Below, one piece after another: positions 14,654-27,564 of a stretch of DNA of 64,000 nucleotides. Both the position numbers and the translations under genes were made by a program. Numbering within the stretch: position 1 is the stretch's first letter; each line of letters begins with the position of its first letter. Origin of the DNA: Octopus sinensis (taxonomy: Eukaryota); NCBI RefSeq assembly GCF_006345805.1, contig NC_043010.1, forward strand, positions 2,852,001-2,916,000, written 5' to 3'. A model generated the notes under the pieces. That model did no database searches. It was not told the origin of the DNA and saw only the letters and a list, made by a program, of their open reading frames with translations.

Positions 14654-15247
14654 CATATATACAGTATGTATACACTCACACACACACACAGACATGCACA
14701 TGACAGACTTCTTTTAGTTTTTGCCTGCCATATCCACTCACAAGACTTTGTGGTCAGCCTGAAGCTATAGCAGAACACTCTTGCCCCAGGTGTCACACAG
14801 TAAATTTCCATATAAAATCATATGAATTTTCAACAAATATTTTAGGAAGAAATGTAAGAAATGTATAGAAACATATCTAAACAAGTAATGCTGGTGATGT
14901 GAATCAATACTAAAATTCCCAAGATGCTTGTTTGACTGTGTGTATGTATGTCTTTATACATAATATGTGGGTCTATGTGTATGAAGATGCTTAGTGAATA
15001 TTATTCTATTATTCCAGTCAGGGGCTGTGGCCATGCTGAGGCATCGCCATGAAATATTGGTTAAGAATTTCAAACAAGATTAAATTTTCTCAATACCAGA
15101 TTTTCTGTGAACACACACACAAACACACACACACATGTATGTATGTGTGTATATATGCACATACATACATGCATATACATATATATATATTTATATATAT
15201 ATGCACATACACATGTATAAATACATATATATTTATGTGTATATGCA

Positions 15248-15286
<39 letters not shown>

Positions 15287-15339
15287 TGTATGTATATATG
15301 TATTTATGTGGTATATATATATATCTATAGATATACATA

Positions 15340-15399
<60 letters not shown>

Positions 15400-15829
15400 A
15401 TACATGTTCACACACATATATACATATATATATATATATATGCTTGTACACACACACATATCTTTATGTGTGCATCAACATGTAGATAAAATGTTATAAC
15501 ACACATTAACTAGTTTATTTTATATATCATTTTACTAAGTTTCATGCTGAAGGCAACCGTTGGTAATTAACATATTTGAGAATTCTTTAAATGATAATGA
15601 GAATAAAAATCATGCACACACATATATGTAAACACAGATGCGTGTATATTTGTAAGTAAATATGTATATTTGTATGTATGTATATATGTATGTATGTATG
15701 TATATATTTGTATCTCTATATAAGGAATAGATTTTTTTTTACCTTGTTCCTAAAATTACCGTGTACATAACAATGCTTACAAACACTTCACACTTTGTCT
15801 ATCCATCTGTCTGTCTGTCTATCTATCTA

Positions 15830-15877
<48 letters not shown>

Positions 15878-16126
15878 CACATATATATACACACACACAC
15901 ATATATAATATATATATATATATATGTATATACATATATATATATATATACACACACACACATATATATACATATATATATAATATATTGTGTGTATATA
16001 TATACACACATACATATTACACATATGTATATTATCTATATATATATATGTGTATAAGCACGAACATATATACAAACATACTTACATACATATACATACA
16101 TATATATATATATGTATGTATGTATG

Positions 16127-16160
<34 letters not shown>

Positions 16161-16342
16161 TGTATATATGCATGAAATTCTCCTCAGATGTTAATCACTT
16201 GATGATGGCCTTCAGCATAACATTTCCAAAAATGATACATAAAACTTTGTTATTATACATTCCTATAAACTCTGCAGAGTGTATTAATCAATTTTAATCT
16301 TGTTTGAAGTTTTCTACCATAATCATGTTCAGTGTGGCCTTA

Positions 16343-16395
<53 letters not shown>

Positions 16396-16459
16396 CATAT
16401 ATATATAAATATATATAATATAATATATATATATATATATGTGTAATGTATATAATATA

Positions 16460-16501
<42 letters not shown>

Positions 16502-16776
16502 ATGTATATATATATATATATTATATACACACACACACACACTGCCTGCCTGCCCATATCTGTATATGAAGTCTTTATAGCTGTGCGTGTGTGTGTGTTT
16601 GTATGTGTCCATATATAGATGTATGTATGCAGATAGCTATCTATCCATTTATTTATCTATCTATCTATCATACATACATATATATATATATATAATATAT
16701 ATATATTATATATATAATATATATATAGATATATGATATATATATTATATATATATATATATATATATTATATATT

Positions 16777-16821
<45 letters not shown>

Positions 16822-16822
16822 A

Positions 16823-16856
<34 letters not shown>

Positions 16857-17139
16857 ACACACATACACTGCAACATTGTGGCAAACAGCTGACTAGCTTT
16901 CTGACTTTTACTGATGTGCAGTGAATATGATAAGTCAGCGTTTTGCAGTGACTGTGATTATTGCTTACACTGAGTGGTTTTGAATGGTATTAAATATTTA
17001 CAATCAGCTGAACTTGGCAGTTTGATATTCAAATGTTTTAACAGATTCAATGCAATGCCATGCCAAAGGCATCAGTTACTAGTCCTGTACCGTATTGGCT
17101 TATCATCCCACAATTGGTCACTTCAAAGACATATATATA

Positions 17140-17330
17140 CTCTTTTACTTGTTTCAATCATTTGACTGTGGCCAGGACTTATTCTTTGTAAGACCCCAGG
17201 ACATATTCTCTGTAAGCCTGTTACTTATTCTGTCAGTCTCTTTTTGCCAAACTGCTAAGTTACAGAGATGTAAACACATCAGCATCGGTTGTCAAGCAAT
17301 GTTTTTTTGGGGGGGGCAGGACAAACACAA

Positions 17331-17375
<45 letters not shown>

Positions 17376-17545
17376 CATATATACGACGTGCTTCTTTCAG
17401 TTTCCATCTACCAAATCCACTCACAAGGCTTTGGTCAGCCCGAGGCTATAGTAGAAGACACTTGCCCAAGGTGCCATGCAGTAGGACTGAACCTGGAACC
17501 ATGCGTGGTAAGCAAGCTACTTAACACACAGCCACTTCTGCGCCT
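17140..17545 (-). mobile_element. SINE family B, full length
   Basis: Colinear with 42525-42903 over the whole length. Confidence 0.9.
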
Positions 17546-17638
17546 ATATATATATATATATGATATAGAATTATATAGTATGATATAATATAATATAATA
17601 TAATATAATATAATATAATATATTATAATATAATGTTG

Positions 17639-17687
<49 letters not shown>

Positions 17688-18942
17688 TTGTCTGTCTGTT
17701 TGTCTATTTGTTCATCTGTTTGTATATATAAATACATATATATGTATACATGTACATATGTACATACGTATGTCTGTATGTACATATGTATGTGTGTAAT
17801 CACTTACATATGTATGTACATACATGCGTACATACTTTATGTACATAGATAGATAGATAGATAGATAGATACAGACAGGCAGACAGAAAGGAAAAAGCTG
17901 ATTTGAATACTACAGATCCAATCCATCAGTGGAACAGTAAAAGTCTGTAAAACTTTCCAGAAGATTATCATTTAAGTATATATGAGCATGTCTAGATATG
18001 CAAGAATATATGCATGAGAAGACATACATAAAACAATACATACAAATCTTCACATATACATACATACAGAAGTACCCTGTTGATGTTGAAATTCAAATGA
18101 AGGAGCCTTGGGTCAAGGTTAGAAACTGGCTCTTTCTCTATTGGCAAGAAATGCTGAAATAAAACTGAATAATGACACACACACACACACACACATGCAC
18201 ATGTGTGCGCACATACACACACATGCACACACATGCCCACACACATGTGCACACACATATACATGCGCACACACGCACACACATAAAGCATGAAACTTTA
18301 CTCCAAAGCTTGTTTATTTCGCAAACATCTAAACTTGAATAATACAACATATAATCATGCAACTAGCCCCGCACCCTAAAATCACTGGCCTTCTGCCAAA
18401 ATCCAATATGATTATTATTACTATTATTTTAAAACAATTTATTGTGACATTATTATCAGGTTTGTAGGTGTGGCACAATTGGTAACTCACTAAGCAATAA
18501 TTAATTTTGCAAGTTAGCTTCAATATTACATTTGATTTCACCAGGAAATACTTACTATATTCACTTCAAAAGACTACATCTGCTTCAGCATATCATCAGT
18601 GTATGTATGTAGATAAAAATTATTTTATACTCTAGAAATTTATATAGGATCAAGGGATTATCTACTGACTGGGATACACCAAAATCCAAGTAGCGTGCTG
18701 AGTAGAAACGACAACAGGCTGTTTTTCTTTGTATATATAGGATTAATATAGACTTTTTATGGTAACTTTTTTGTCATGTCAAAAGCACAAAATATATAAA
18801 TTATACATAAACATTTTGCTGATTGCTTGTGTGGCATACATATTGCATGTACGGCTTGCTTGAGTGGCATGCTGGTACTTCTCAATAACATCAAAAACGA
18901 AATCAGTCACATAACACAACATACAAAAAAAAGAAACATTCA

Positions 18943-19222
18943 TTAAGTAAGCTTAAAAGCAAAGTTCACCTTGGGTACAGCTGGTAATGGTTTTGCATAA
19001 GAGGTAAAGCTGTTCCTCATTGGTAGATTCCAAGGTTGTGATGGACTGGCACTGGTAATTCTTAAGGATTTTAGATCAATAACATCATTAGATGGAGCAT
19101 TCTGAGTCACATTGGGTTGGTAAAAACATCTGGTACTGGTATCTTTAAGGTTTGAGAGAGTCTGTGGTAATATTGCTTCACTGCCTAGGACCTTTAATTG
19201 TTCAGGCTGACTAGTTTTAACT

Positions 19223-19223
<1 letters not shown>
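18943..19223 (-). CDS. Predicted protocadherin terminal cytoplasmic exon 3 (281 nt; ...SQPWNLPMRNSFTSYAKPLPAVPKVNFAFKLT*)
   Basis: Hand translation. Acceptor ttattcag| at 19224, phase 1 (G|GA GTT AAA ACT), 93 codons to TAA at 18945-18943, no internal stop. Phase matches both exon-2 donors. The PWNLPMRNSF..KPLPAVP motif resembles what I recall of octopus protocadherin C-termini (not verified). AATAAA candidates downstream on the minus strand at 18438-18443 and 18313-18318. Confidence 0.8.
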
Positions 19224-19226
<3 letters not shown>

Positions 19227-19305
<79 letters not shown>

Positions 19306-19397
19306 GTAATAATAATAATAATAATAATAATGGTTTTATTTTCATTGACCACAAGGGTAGCAAAGTCACAGTATTACAATACAAGGCAAGAAATATA

Positions 19398-19446
<49 letters not shown>

Positions 19447-19496
19447 GTAATAATAATAATAGCTGTAGTAATAGTAGTAATAAAATGATAATCATG

Positions 19497-19532
<36 letters not shown>

Positions 19533-19606
19533 TAATAATAATAATAATAATGATAATAATAATAACAATAATAATAATGATAATAATAACAATAATAATA
19601 ATAATG

Positions 19607-19643
<37 letters not shown>

Positions 19644-19720
19644 TAATAATAATGTTGGTGATGCAAAAGATGATAACAATAAGTGTAGCAAAAGCGACAA
19701 ACAATAACAATAACAACAGA
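19227..19720. repeat. (AAT)n microsatellite complex with an embedded ~75-bp retroposon 3' end (about 19331-19405)
   Basis: AAT arrays. The embedded minus-strand cccttgtggtcaatgaaaataaaacc(att)n resembles 30280-30320 and the family-A tail. Confidence 0.85.
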
Positions 19721-20012
19721 AAGTACAACAAAAAGAATAAATGCGGTATTAAAAGCAATGGCTTGCAAACAGTCATTATCAAACAGAGATAACAAGTTCT
19801 ACATTAATTACTTTTTCACATTTTACTATCATACTGTATGTAAATCTTATCTCCTGAAAACAACCGGATGTTGTTAATGACAAAAAAGTGATGACGATAA
19901 TAGATTGCAATGATGATGATGATGATGACGATGATGACAAGATGATGATGACAATGACAGTGAATGACCTCTCTTAAGGCGGCTCGGCATTTGGTTGAAA
20001 TATATATTTTAA

Positions 20013-20231
20013 CCCTTTAACATGCAGATTACTTTGTCAAATGGAATGCTTATGTGTTTACATTATTTTGAATTACTCATGCATTGTCTTACAGCTTTGA
20101 GATTTCAATGATTTACTTCTTAACTTTCAGAATGACATTGTAGGGGAGGTGGAAGAGGCAAGATCTGGCTAGTTTAAACAAAATATAAGAAGAACATTTG
20201 GGCTGGTATGACCAGTCTAAATGCTAAAGGG
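20013..20231 (+). mobile_element. piggyBac-type MITE
   Basis: TTAA on both sides (20009-20012, 20232-20235). TIRs CCCTTTAACAT / ATGCTAAAGGG (10/11). Other copies at 37709-37933, 44181-44350, 56740-56959. Confidence 0.8.
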
Positions 20232-20584
20232 TTAAGGAATTGATCCTTGAATATACACTTGATACACAAACACGAATTCTTGAGTCAAATGGGAGATGAA
20301 AAAGAATTTGATCCTTTAATCTCAACAAGAGTGAGATAAAAAATTTCAAAATAAGCCAACAAAAAAGTTTTTACATCATGCATGAGCAACCAGTTTTGAG
20401 TAGTAGTTCACATGAGTCATGGCTCATCATCAGGCATGAGGCTCTGATAATTTTTCATTGGCATGCTATTCAGAAAGTCTCGCAGGTTGCAGTGTGCTCA
20501 TGACTGTTATACATCTTTGCTCAACCTGCTAGTCTAGTATATACATCTGAATCTCTCCATTATTTACATTATTTACAATTGACA

Positions 20585-20630
20585 GATACAACGTTTCGGC
20601 TGATATACTCTCCAGCCTTCATCAGGTGTC
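20585..20630 (-). ncRNA. Minimal type I hammerhead ribozyme motif
   Basis: GACAC-CUGAUGA-A-GGCUG-GAGAGUAUAU-CAGCC-GAAA-CGUU-GUAUC. Intact core, perfect 5-bp stem II, palindromic ACGU stem III, stem I 4/5. Activity untested. Confidence 0.7.
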
Positions 20631-20895
20631 TTGGGGGAAATTTCGGACCTGGGTTCTCCTTCCTAAGGTATTTTTCAATGTTGTAATATTCAGGTCACTG
20701 CCTGGAATCAAACTCAGAATCTTTGGATTAGTAGCTCTAAACCACTACACCATTAACCCGTAGGTGTAGTGGTTAAGAGCACGGGCTACTAACCCCAAGT
20801 TTCCGAGTTCGATTCCAGACAATGACCTGAACAACAATAATAATAACATCAAAAAATACCTTAGGAATGAGAACCCAGGTTTGAAATTTCTCCAA

Positions 20896-20941
20896 GACAC
20901 CTGATGAAGGCCGGAGGGTATATCAGCCGAAACATTGTGTT
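20896..20941 (+). ncRNA. Minimal type I hammerhead ribozyme motif (stem II mismatch, ACAU instead of ACGU)
   Basis: GACAC-CUGAUGA-A-GGCCG-GAGGGUAUAU-CAGCC-GAAA-CAUU-GUGUU. Stem I GACAC/GUGUU fully paired. Confidence 0.6.
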
Positions 20942-21388
20942 AACAACAAACAAGATGAGTAGGTCTGCAATGCAACATTTTTCTACTTGCTTCAACCAGT
21001 GTCATCTTGACCAAAACTAGATCCCCTTCCCGATGCTTTCTTCCAAAGCCTCTTGCTGCTCATATCCTTACATTTCATACACCCAGTTAACTCTCTACCT
21101 GGTAATCTTAGCCATTTACATTAAATAATCAAATTATTAGCAGTTATACCACCTACTCTTATCAGCCAACGTCTGATTTAGAATCATTTGTTTCTAAGAT
21201 TTACTCAAGCCCAGTCTTTGTCATAAATGTCTGTATCATATTCAATAGGCCTCAACCAAATCATTCAGCTCTCTCGTGCTCAACCATTTTCACAAATTGA
21301 TATAGGACATGAAGCTGATTTTAACGAACTTGTATATCTTTCAGTTTATTAGACCTTGACCATACCAAGATTTTAAACCCTGAATATA

Positions 21389-21606
21389 CTAGGGGATGCT
21401 GAAAAGTTCCAGGAATTAAGGGCATTGCGAAAGGCCTGGTTGGAAATCTAACCTCCCAAGTTCTTTTACAGGTCCTGAGAAAATTGTAGGACTGCTGCAA
21501 TAAGTGTGTGAATCTGAAAGGGGAATATATTGAATAAAATCATAATTAACTGATCCTCCTGTATTTTAATTTACTCAACACCAGGAACTTTTCAGTATCC
21601 CTCTTG
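21389..21606 (+). mobile_element. Internally deleted mariner element (MITE)
   Basis: TA on both sides. TIRs ctaggggatgctgaaaagttccagg / ccaggaacttttcagtatccctcttg. Interior retains the mariner transposase C-terminus KCVNLKGEYIE*. Confidence 0.85.
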
Positions 21607-23276
21607 TAAAGGGACAAAGCTAAATACTGTCAGGAATTTTGTCTGTCATACTAACAATCCTGCCATCCAGAACCCCTAAACTAAATATTAATTTTTTTTT
21701 AACTGAGGTACACAATCACAAAATTCAGTGAGAGGCAGCAGTGAATGGCAATCATTTTAAAGATTGTTATGTTAAATAGTAATAGTAGAACCAATAGAGA
21801 AAAATTGTAATTAGTATTATATTAATTACTGCAGAATAACTGGTCATTATGAAAAATAAGTATAAGACATACAATCTAATAAAAGAAAGTATTAAAAAAC
21901 CTAAATTAAGGGCCAGTCACCCTACAAAAATACATAAAAAAAAACAAAATGCCCAGCAAAATAACTGAAACAAAGCAGGGAAAATTTAATAAAGCAAGGA
22001 CAATGAAAGAAAGCGGGAACAATTTAAGCTGGAGTGGAGTAACATGAACAAAAGCAACACTGCACACACCTGAGGCATATGGAGATGATCCTGGTGATGC
22101 AATGAAGAACTCGCATCTATGAATAATAATACAACAATAATGATGACAATAACAATAACAATAATGATAATAATACTGATAATGGTAATAACGATAAGAG
22201 TGATATTGATAATAAGCATTTTTTAAAACAGTAAATATAATAATTATAATGATAATTTAATTTCTATTCAAGAACTTTACTTTTAAGAAATTCTTTTCTT
22301 AATTTGTTTTGGCACCTGGACAATACTTTGTCAATCAATTTGTCAATAGATTAATATGACATTAATCAGTTCGTTACCAGATCAATTTCTCATCAATATC
22401 CAAGTTGTAATGTCTCCAGATTATTTCATTCTGTTATTATTTTAAATACATAAATTTTAGATTTAAGGATTTCTTTTGCCCCCCCCCCCCCCAATATATT
22501 AATATGTCAATGTTATTTACATAACCATCTGTAACTAGTGCTGGTGACACACAAAAAAAAAAGCATGCTGTGAAGTGGTAGGGATTATGAAGAGCATCCA
22601 GCTGTAGAAATCATACCAAAGCAGACACTGGCACATGATCCAGCCCTTGGGCCCATCATATTCTGTCAAACTATCCAACCCATGTCAGCATGGAATATGG
22701 ACATTTTGATGAGTACAGAAGAATTGAGAAACTAAAAAATATTGAAGGAATTATACAAAAATAGGGATTTCATCTTAATACATTCTCTGTTTAATTATTT
22801 TTTTACACTCTTTTTCAGTTTTTTGTTATTCCTCTCATATTAACATAAAGAAGAGAAATCTGTATTTCTTAACATCAGTTCACTACCTCGTTCATGCCTC
22901 ATTTAAAAACTTATTGTTATACTGACTGGCAAAGTGATGAAGAACTGACCTGGCATTGAAGTGACTCAGTTATAATTTGATAGACAACAGATTGACATGG
23001 TCATTATTTGAGGGACAACAAATTGATTAGTAAAGAAATGGCCAATGATGAATTGACAACATGCCATTGATCTCTTCTCCATATATAAATATATAAAGGT
23101 GCGGGCATGACTGCGATTAATGAGTTTGCAGCCATGTGGTTTCAAGTTCAGTCCCACTGCATGATATCATAGGCATGGGTCTTCTACTATAGTCTTAGAC
23201 CGACCAAAGTCTTGTGAATGGATTTGGTAGATGGAGACTGAAAGAAATGCATTGTGTATATGTGTATGTGCCTGTG

Positions 23277-23310
<34 letters not shown>

Positions 23311-23660
23311 TACACACATACATATGTACATACACACATGTATGCGTATGTGTGTTTGTTGTGAAGGTATGTAGCTTTGTGGTTAGGGTTCTTGGCTCAC
23401 AATTATAAAGTTGTGAGTTCGATACCCAGTGGTGCATTGAGTCCTTTAGCCAGATACATTAATTCACCTGGCCCCTGCCCCACTCAGCTGGAAAAATGGG
23501 TTGTACCAGTAATTCCAAAGGGTTATCCTTGTCACATTCTGTGCCTTGCTGAATCTCTTTGAGAACTACATGGCCTGGAACAATGTAAAATAAAGCATGT
23601 CAGTAGAGTGTTCGGCCACGTGGATGTTAATTTCTTGAATAGGTTGATCCAATGATCCAA

Positions 23661-23888
23661 AGGCAGCGAGCTGGCAGAAACTTTAGCACACCAGGTGAAA
23701 TGCTTAGCAGTATTTCGTCTGCCGCTATGTTCTGAGTTCAAATTCCACCAAGGTCGACTTTGCCTTTCATCCTTTCGGGGTCAATTAAATAAGTACCAGT
23801 TATGCACTGGGGTCAATATAATCGACTTAATCCGTTTGTCTGTCCTTGTTTGTCCTCTTTGTGTTTAGCCACTTGTGGGTAGTAAAGA
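23661..23888 (+). mobile_element. SINE family A, full length, with 23-bp TSD
   Basis: Identical direct repeats aataggttgatccaatgatccaa at 23638-23660 and 23889-23911. Confidence 0.93.
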
Positions 23889-25429
23889 AATAGGTTGATC
23901 CAATGATCCAATCAACTGAAACACCCATCAGAACCAATGGAGTGGCAGTGTGTGTTCGTGTTTTCTTGTCTTGGCATCATGTGATAGTTGTAAATGAGTG
24001 TCACTTTCATACAAGCAGTGTCATTCGTTTCCAGTATTCTTTGAAAACATATTTGGCCAAGGGGAAATATTATGTTGCTTGTAAACAGGTGAAGGCTGGT
24101 GACAAGAAGGGCATCTAGCCACAGAAAATCTGCTTCAGCACACTCTTTCCAGCTCATGCAAGCATAGAAAAGTGGACATTAAAACATTGATGGTGATAGT
24201 GATGATGAAGATGACTGCTACTTATTGCTTTCGTTGACTGCGATGGAGTGAAAAACAACATTTCCTTTAGCAAGATTAAGGCTAAAAAGTACAAGAAACT
24301 TAATTAGGTACTATATGCGACACTTATGAATGAAACATTCTCCCACCTCACCACATCAGCCTCCACTTTAATCATGTGCAGCATGCAACTAGCGCCTTTG
24401 CAATTGCTTCAAATGGTCTTGGTGGCTTTGATCAGGGCAACACATTTGGCTTACTGTCTAAGAGTGCAATGATCACTTTGGTTGGTTTCAATACAGATTT
24501 TGTCTGTCTAATTTCACTAGAGGCTTTTGTTAACTCACAGCTATGGTAAAAGATAATTTCTGAAGTTGTTACATTGTCGTGTTGTACCTGAAGCTATAGG
24601 CATTGCTGTATTATTGAGAAGTTTGCTGTGGGAGAGACAAACATGCATGCACATACACACACACATACACACACGAACTCACACACATACACACACACAC
24701 ACGAACTCACACATATACACGACAGGCTTTCTCAGCTTCTGTTTACCAAATTAACTTGCAAGGCATTATTAGTTGGCCTGGCGCCACAGTAGAAGTCTTT
24801 TGCCTAAGGTACCACACACTAGGATTGAACTTGAAACCATGCCATTGCAAAACTATGCTTCTTAACATCACAGCTATGACTGAGCTTATTTTCATGAATC
24901 AAACACTTTAACCCACCAGCCACGCCTGTGCTCATATTTAAAATGTATACACTCTAAAACATTATCTTGCTATCTTCTACACGCTTTTGAATAGTTCTGA
25001 GGATTTACAAATAAATAGAAACATCAGTAAACAGTGGTGATGATCCACTTTTTAGCCTAGTTTATGAACCTACAAATTTATTTATTAATCCAGATTTTAG
25101 AGAATTACCTACATGCATTCAGTAAGTTTATTTATATGATTTTACAGGGAACCTGATTTTTATCAATGTCAGTTTGTCTTGTTTTTTTATTTTTTTATTT
25201 TTATCTAAAGTCTTTGGTGTCACTGCTGGGTGACATGTATCATAAGTTCAACATTACTTCCTTAGACCAAAAAAAAAAAATGTTACTTCGTTAGGCTCTT
25301 GTCTCCATAAAAAAATGACACGATACTAATATACAATAGCAGCATACTTATACACATGCATATGTACAAGGTCACATATAAAAACATAGATATATATATA
25401 TACGGACAGACATAGATAAGGAAATTGAT

Positions 25430-25614
25430 AGATGGATGGATAGATAGAGAGATAGATAGATAGATAGAGAGATAGACAGACAGACAGATGGAGAGAGAGG
25501 GAGAGAGAAAGACAGATAAATCAATTGGTATAAAGATAGAGATGGATGGATGGATGGATGGATGGATGGCGAGACAGACAGACAAACAGATAGATAAATA
25601 GATATAAAGAAGTA

Positions 25615-25684
<70 letters not shown>

Positions 25685-25750
25685 TGAAACAGATACATAG
25701 TTTGTTAGACAGATAAATAAATAGCTACAAAGATAGACAGGCAGACTGAC
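25430..25750. repeat. (AGAT)/(AGAC)/(GGAT) compound microsatellite
   Basis: Direct reading; source of the YLSI ORFs. Confidence 0.95.
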
Positions 25751-26167
25751 AGGATTGGTTGTATCACACTGGTGTAAAATGCAATTAAGCGAAAGAAAGT
25801 GCCCAATACTGCTTTTAGAGTAGAATAATGTTTATTCAAAGCTGAGATTGTGTGAGCCACTACATATAGTTTCTTGTTTGCAATCCTGAAGCATTCTGAT
25901 ACTTGTTAATTAAATCTGTTTAGGTCACGCTGAAGGCAACTTGGTGAGAATTACTGGCTCCATACTTGGACATATGTAAACAAGGGTAATATATTTATAA
26001 AAATTATTCTATAAAAATGTATAATAATTTATCTATAATGATTCATAAAAATTAATCTATAAAAATTTATAATAATCTCTAACAATTTATTACAATTAAT
26101 CTATAAAGATTTATTGCAATTAATCAATAAAAATTTATAACAATTTACAAAAGCTTAAACATTTATT

Positions 26168-26580
26168 GGTACAGGTGTTGCTGTGTAGTTAATAAGCTTG
26201 CTTTCCAATCACTTGGTTTTGGGTTCAGTCTCACTATGTAGCATTTCAGGTATCTTTTACTAAATCTATAGGCCAACCAATGCCTAATGAGTGAATTTGA
26301 AAAGAGGAAACTGTGTAGAAGCCCATTATATATAAATATATTTGTGTGTGTATGTGTGTGTCTCTTTGTATCTGTGTTTGAACCCCACCCACCCCAACCG
26401 CTTAATGATCGGAGTTGGTTTGTTTATATCTACGTATCTGTGCAGCATTAGACACAAAAGATTGATGGAGTAAGTACCAGGCTTAAATTATAAGTACTGG
26501 GGTAAATTTGTTTTATTAAACCATTCAAGATAGTACTCCAGAATGGCCACAGTCCAATGACTGAAACAAGTAGAACATAA
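26168..26580 (+). mobile_element. SINE family B, full length, degraded
   Basis: tRNA-like head gttgctgtgtagttaataagc..gggttcagtctc and conserved tail. Confidence 0.8.
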
Positions 26581-27202
26581 AAAATTTAATATCTCTCCAG
26601 TCATCAATTACTAGGCTGTAATTGTCTGCGTTGATGCCTAAGTTCACCACAGACTTTAACTGAACGTTCCTCAGAAATTTTCCGTCAGTTATTGTGAAAG
26701 AACCTTTCTGTAGAAGATCCTTTTATTCACTGCAATTGCTTTATAGAAATTTTTATAATTTGTTATAAATGTTGATAGATTGATTTTTATAATTTTTGAT
26801 ATTTGTTTACATATTACTACATGTCCATATAAGGAAATGACCTGGAGAAATTATTAGCATACCAGACAAAATGCTTAGTGGCATTTTGTCTGTTTACATT
26901 CTGAGTTCAAACTCCACCTAGGTCAATTTTGCTTTTCATCCTTTTGGGGGTCAATGAAATAAATACCAGTTGAGCACTGGGGTCAATGTGATTAACTGTC
27001 CTCCACCCCAATAGTTTTCTGGTATTATGTCTATTGTTGCAAAGGAGTGCATCTCCATATATGGAACAAGTAATTGCTGCCAAATTTATTTTCAGTGTGA
27101 CTAGGGCCATTTGAATTGGTGTGTATATAAAAAAGTTTCATTTACATTAGATTCAGAAACTTCCATTAGGGGCTCACACACATTCAAGGTTGAATATGAA
27201 TA

Positions 27203-27242
<40 letters not shown>

Positions 27243-27564
27243 GGATGGATGGATGGATAGACACATATAAATAGATGAGGACATAAGCAGGTGAGTAGAC
27301 AGATCGATGGAGAGATAGACAGAGGAAAAGATAGACAAATAGATAGATTAATGAGTAGGAAAATAGACTGACTGTTCGTCACATGTATATAGTGGTGGGC
27401 AAAAGTAGACATACCATGTTGCATATGAGTGGAATGTTCTTTTCATTACTGTGTTTCTTTTTCTTTTCTTTTTTTTCTAGGATAAGAATTCTATGATTCT
27501 ACGTTCTTTTTAAGTAATTCTTTCTATAGTAAAGTAACGATTCCTAATTTGTGACATTTATTAT

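Larger units (their letters stand above)
20560..20960. mobile_element. Head-to-head pair of tRNA-headed short elements, each ending in a hammerhead ribozyme motif
   Basis: Arms about 20587-20751 and 20763-20939 are reverse complements around an 11-nt spacer. Each arm has an A box (tggtgtagtgg) and B box (gagttcgattcc / gagtttgattcc), then CTGATGA..GAAAC. Confidence 0.85.

Noticed and set aside
18991-19029. WIRS (WAVE-complex binding) motif at RNSFTS in exon 3
   Set aside because: The consensus needs a bulky hydrophobic residue two positions before S/T-F; here it is Arg.
21000-21350. Minus-strand EGDLVLVK, resembling an LTR-retrotransposon integrase C-terminus
   Set aside because: Only one short motif among many stops, not enough to call by eye.
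26001-26810. AT-rich ~22-bp degenerate arrays in opposite orientation on either side of a SINE
   Set aside because: Too low in complexity to separate real inverted termini from chance.
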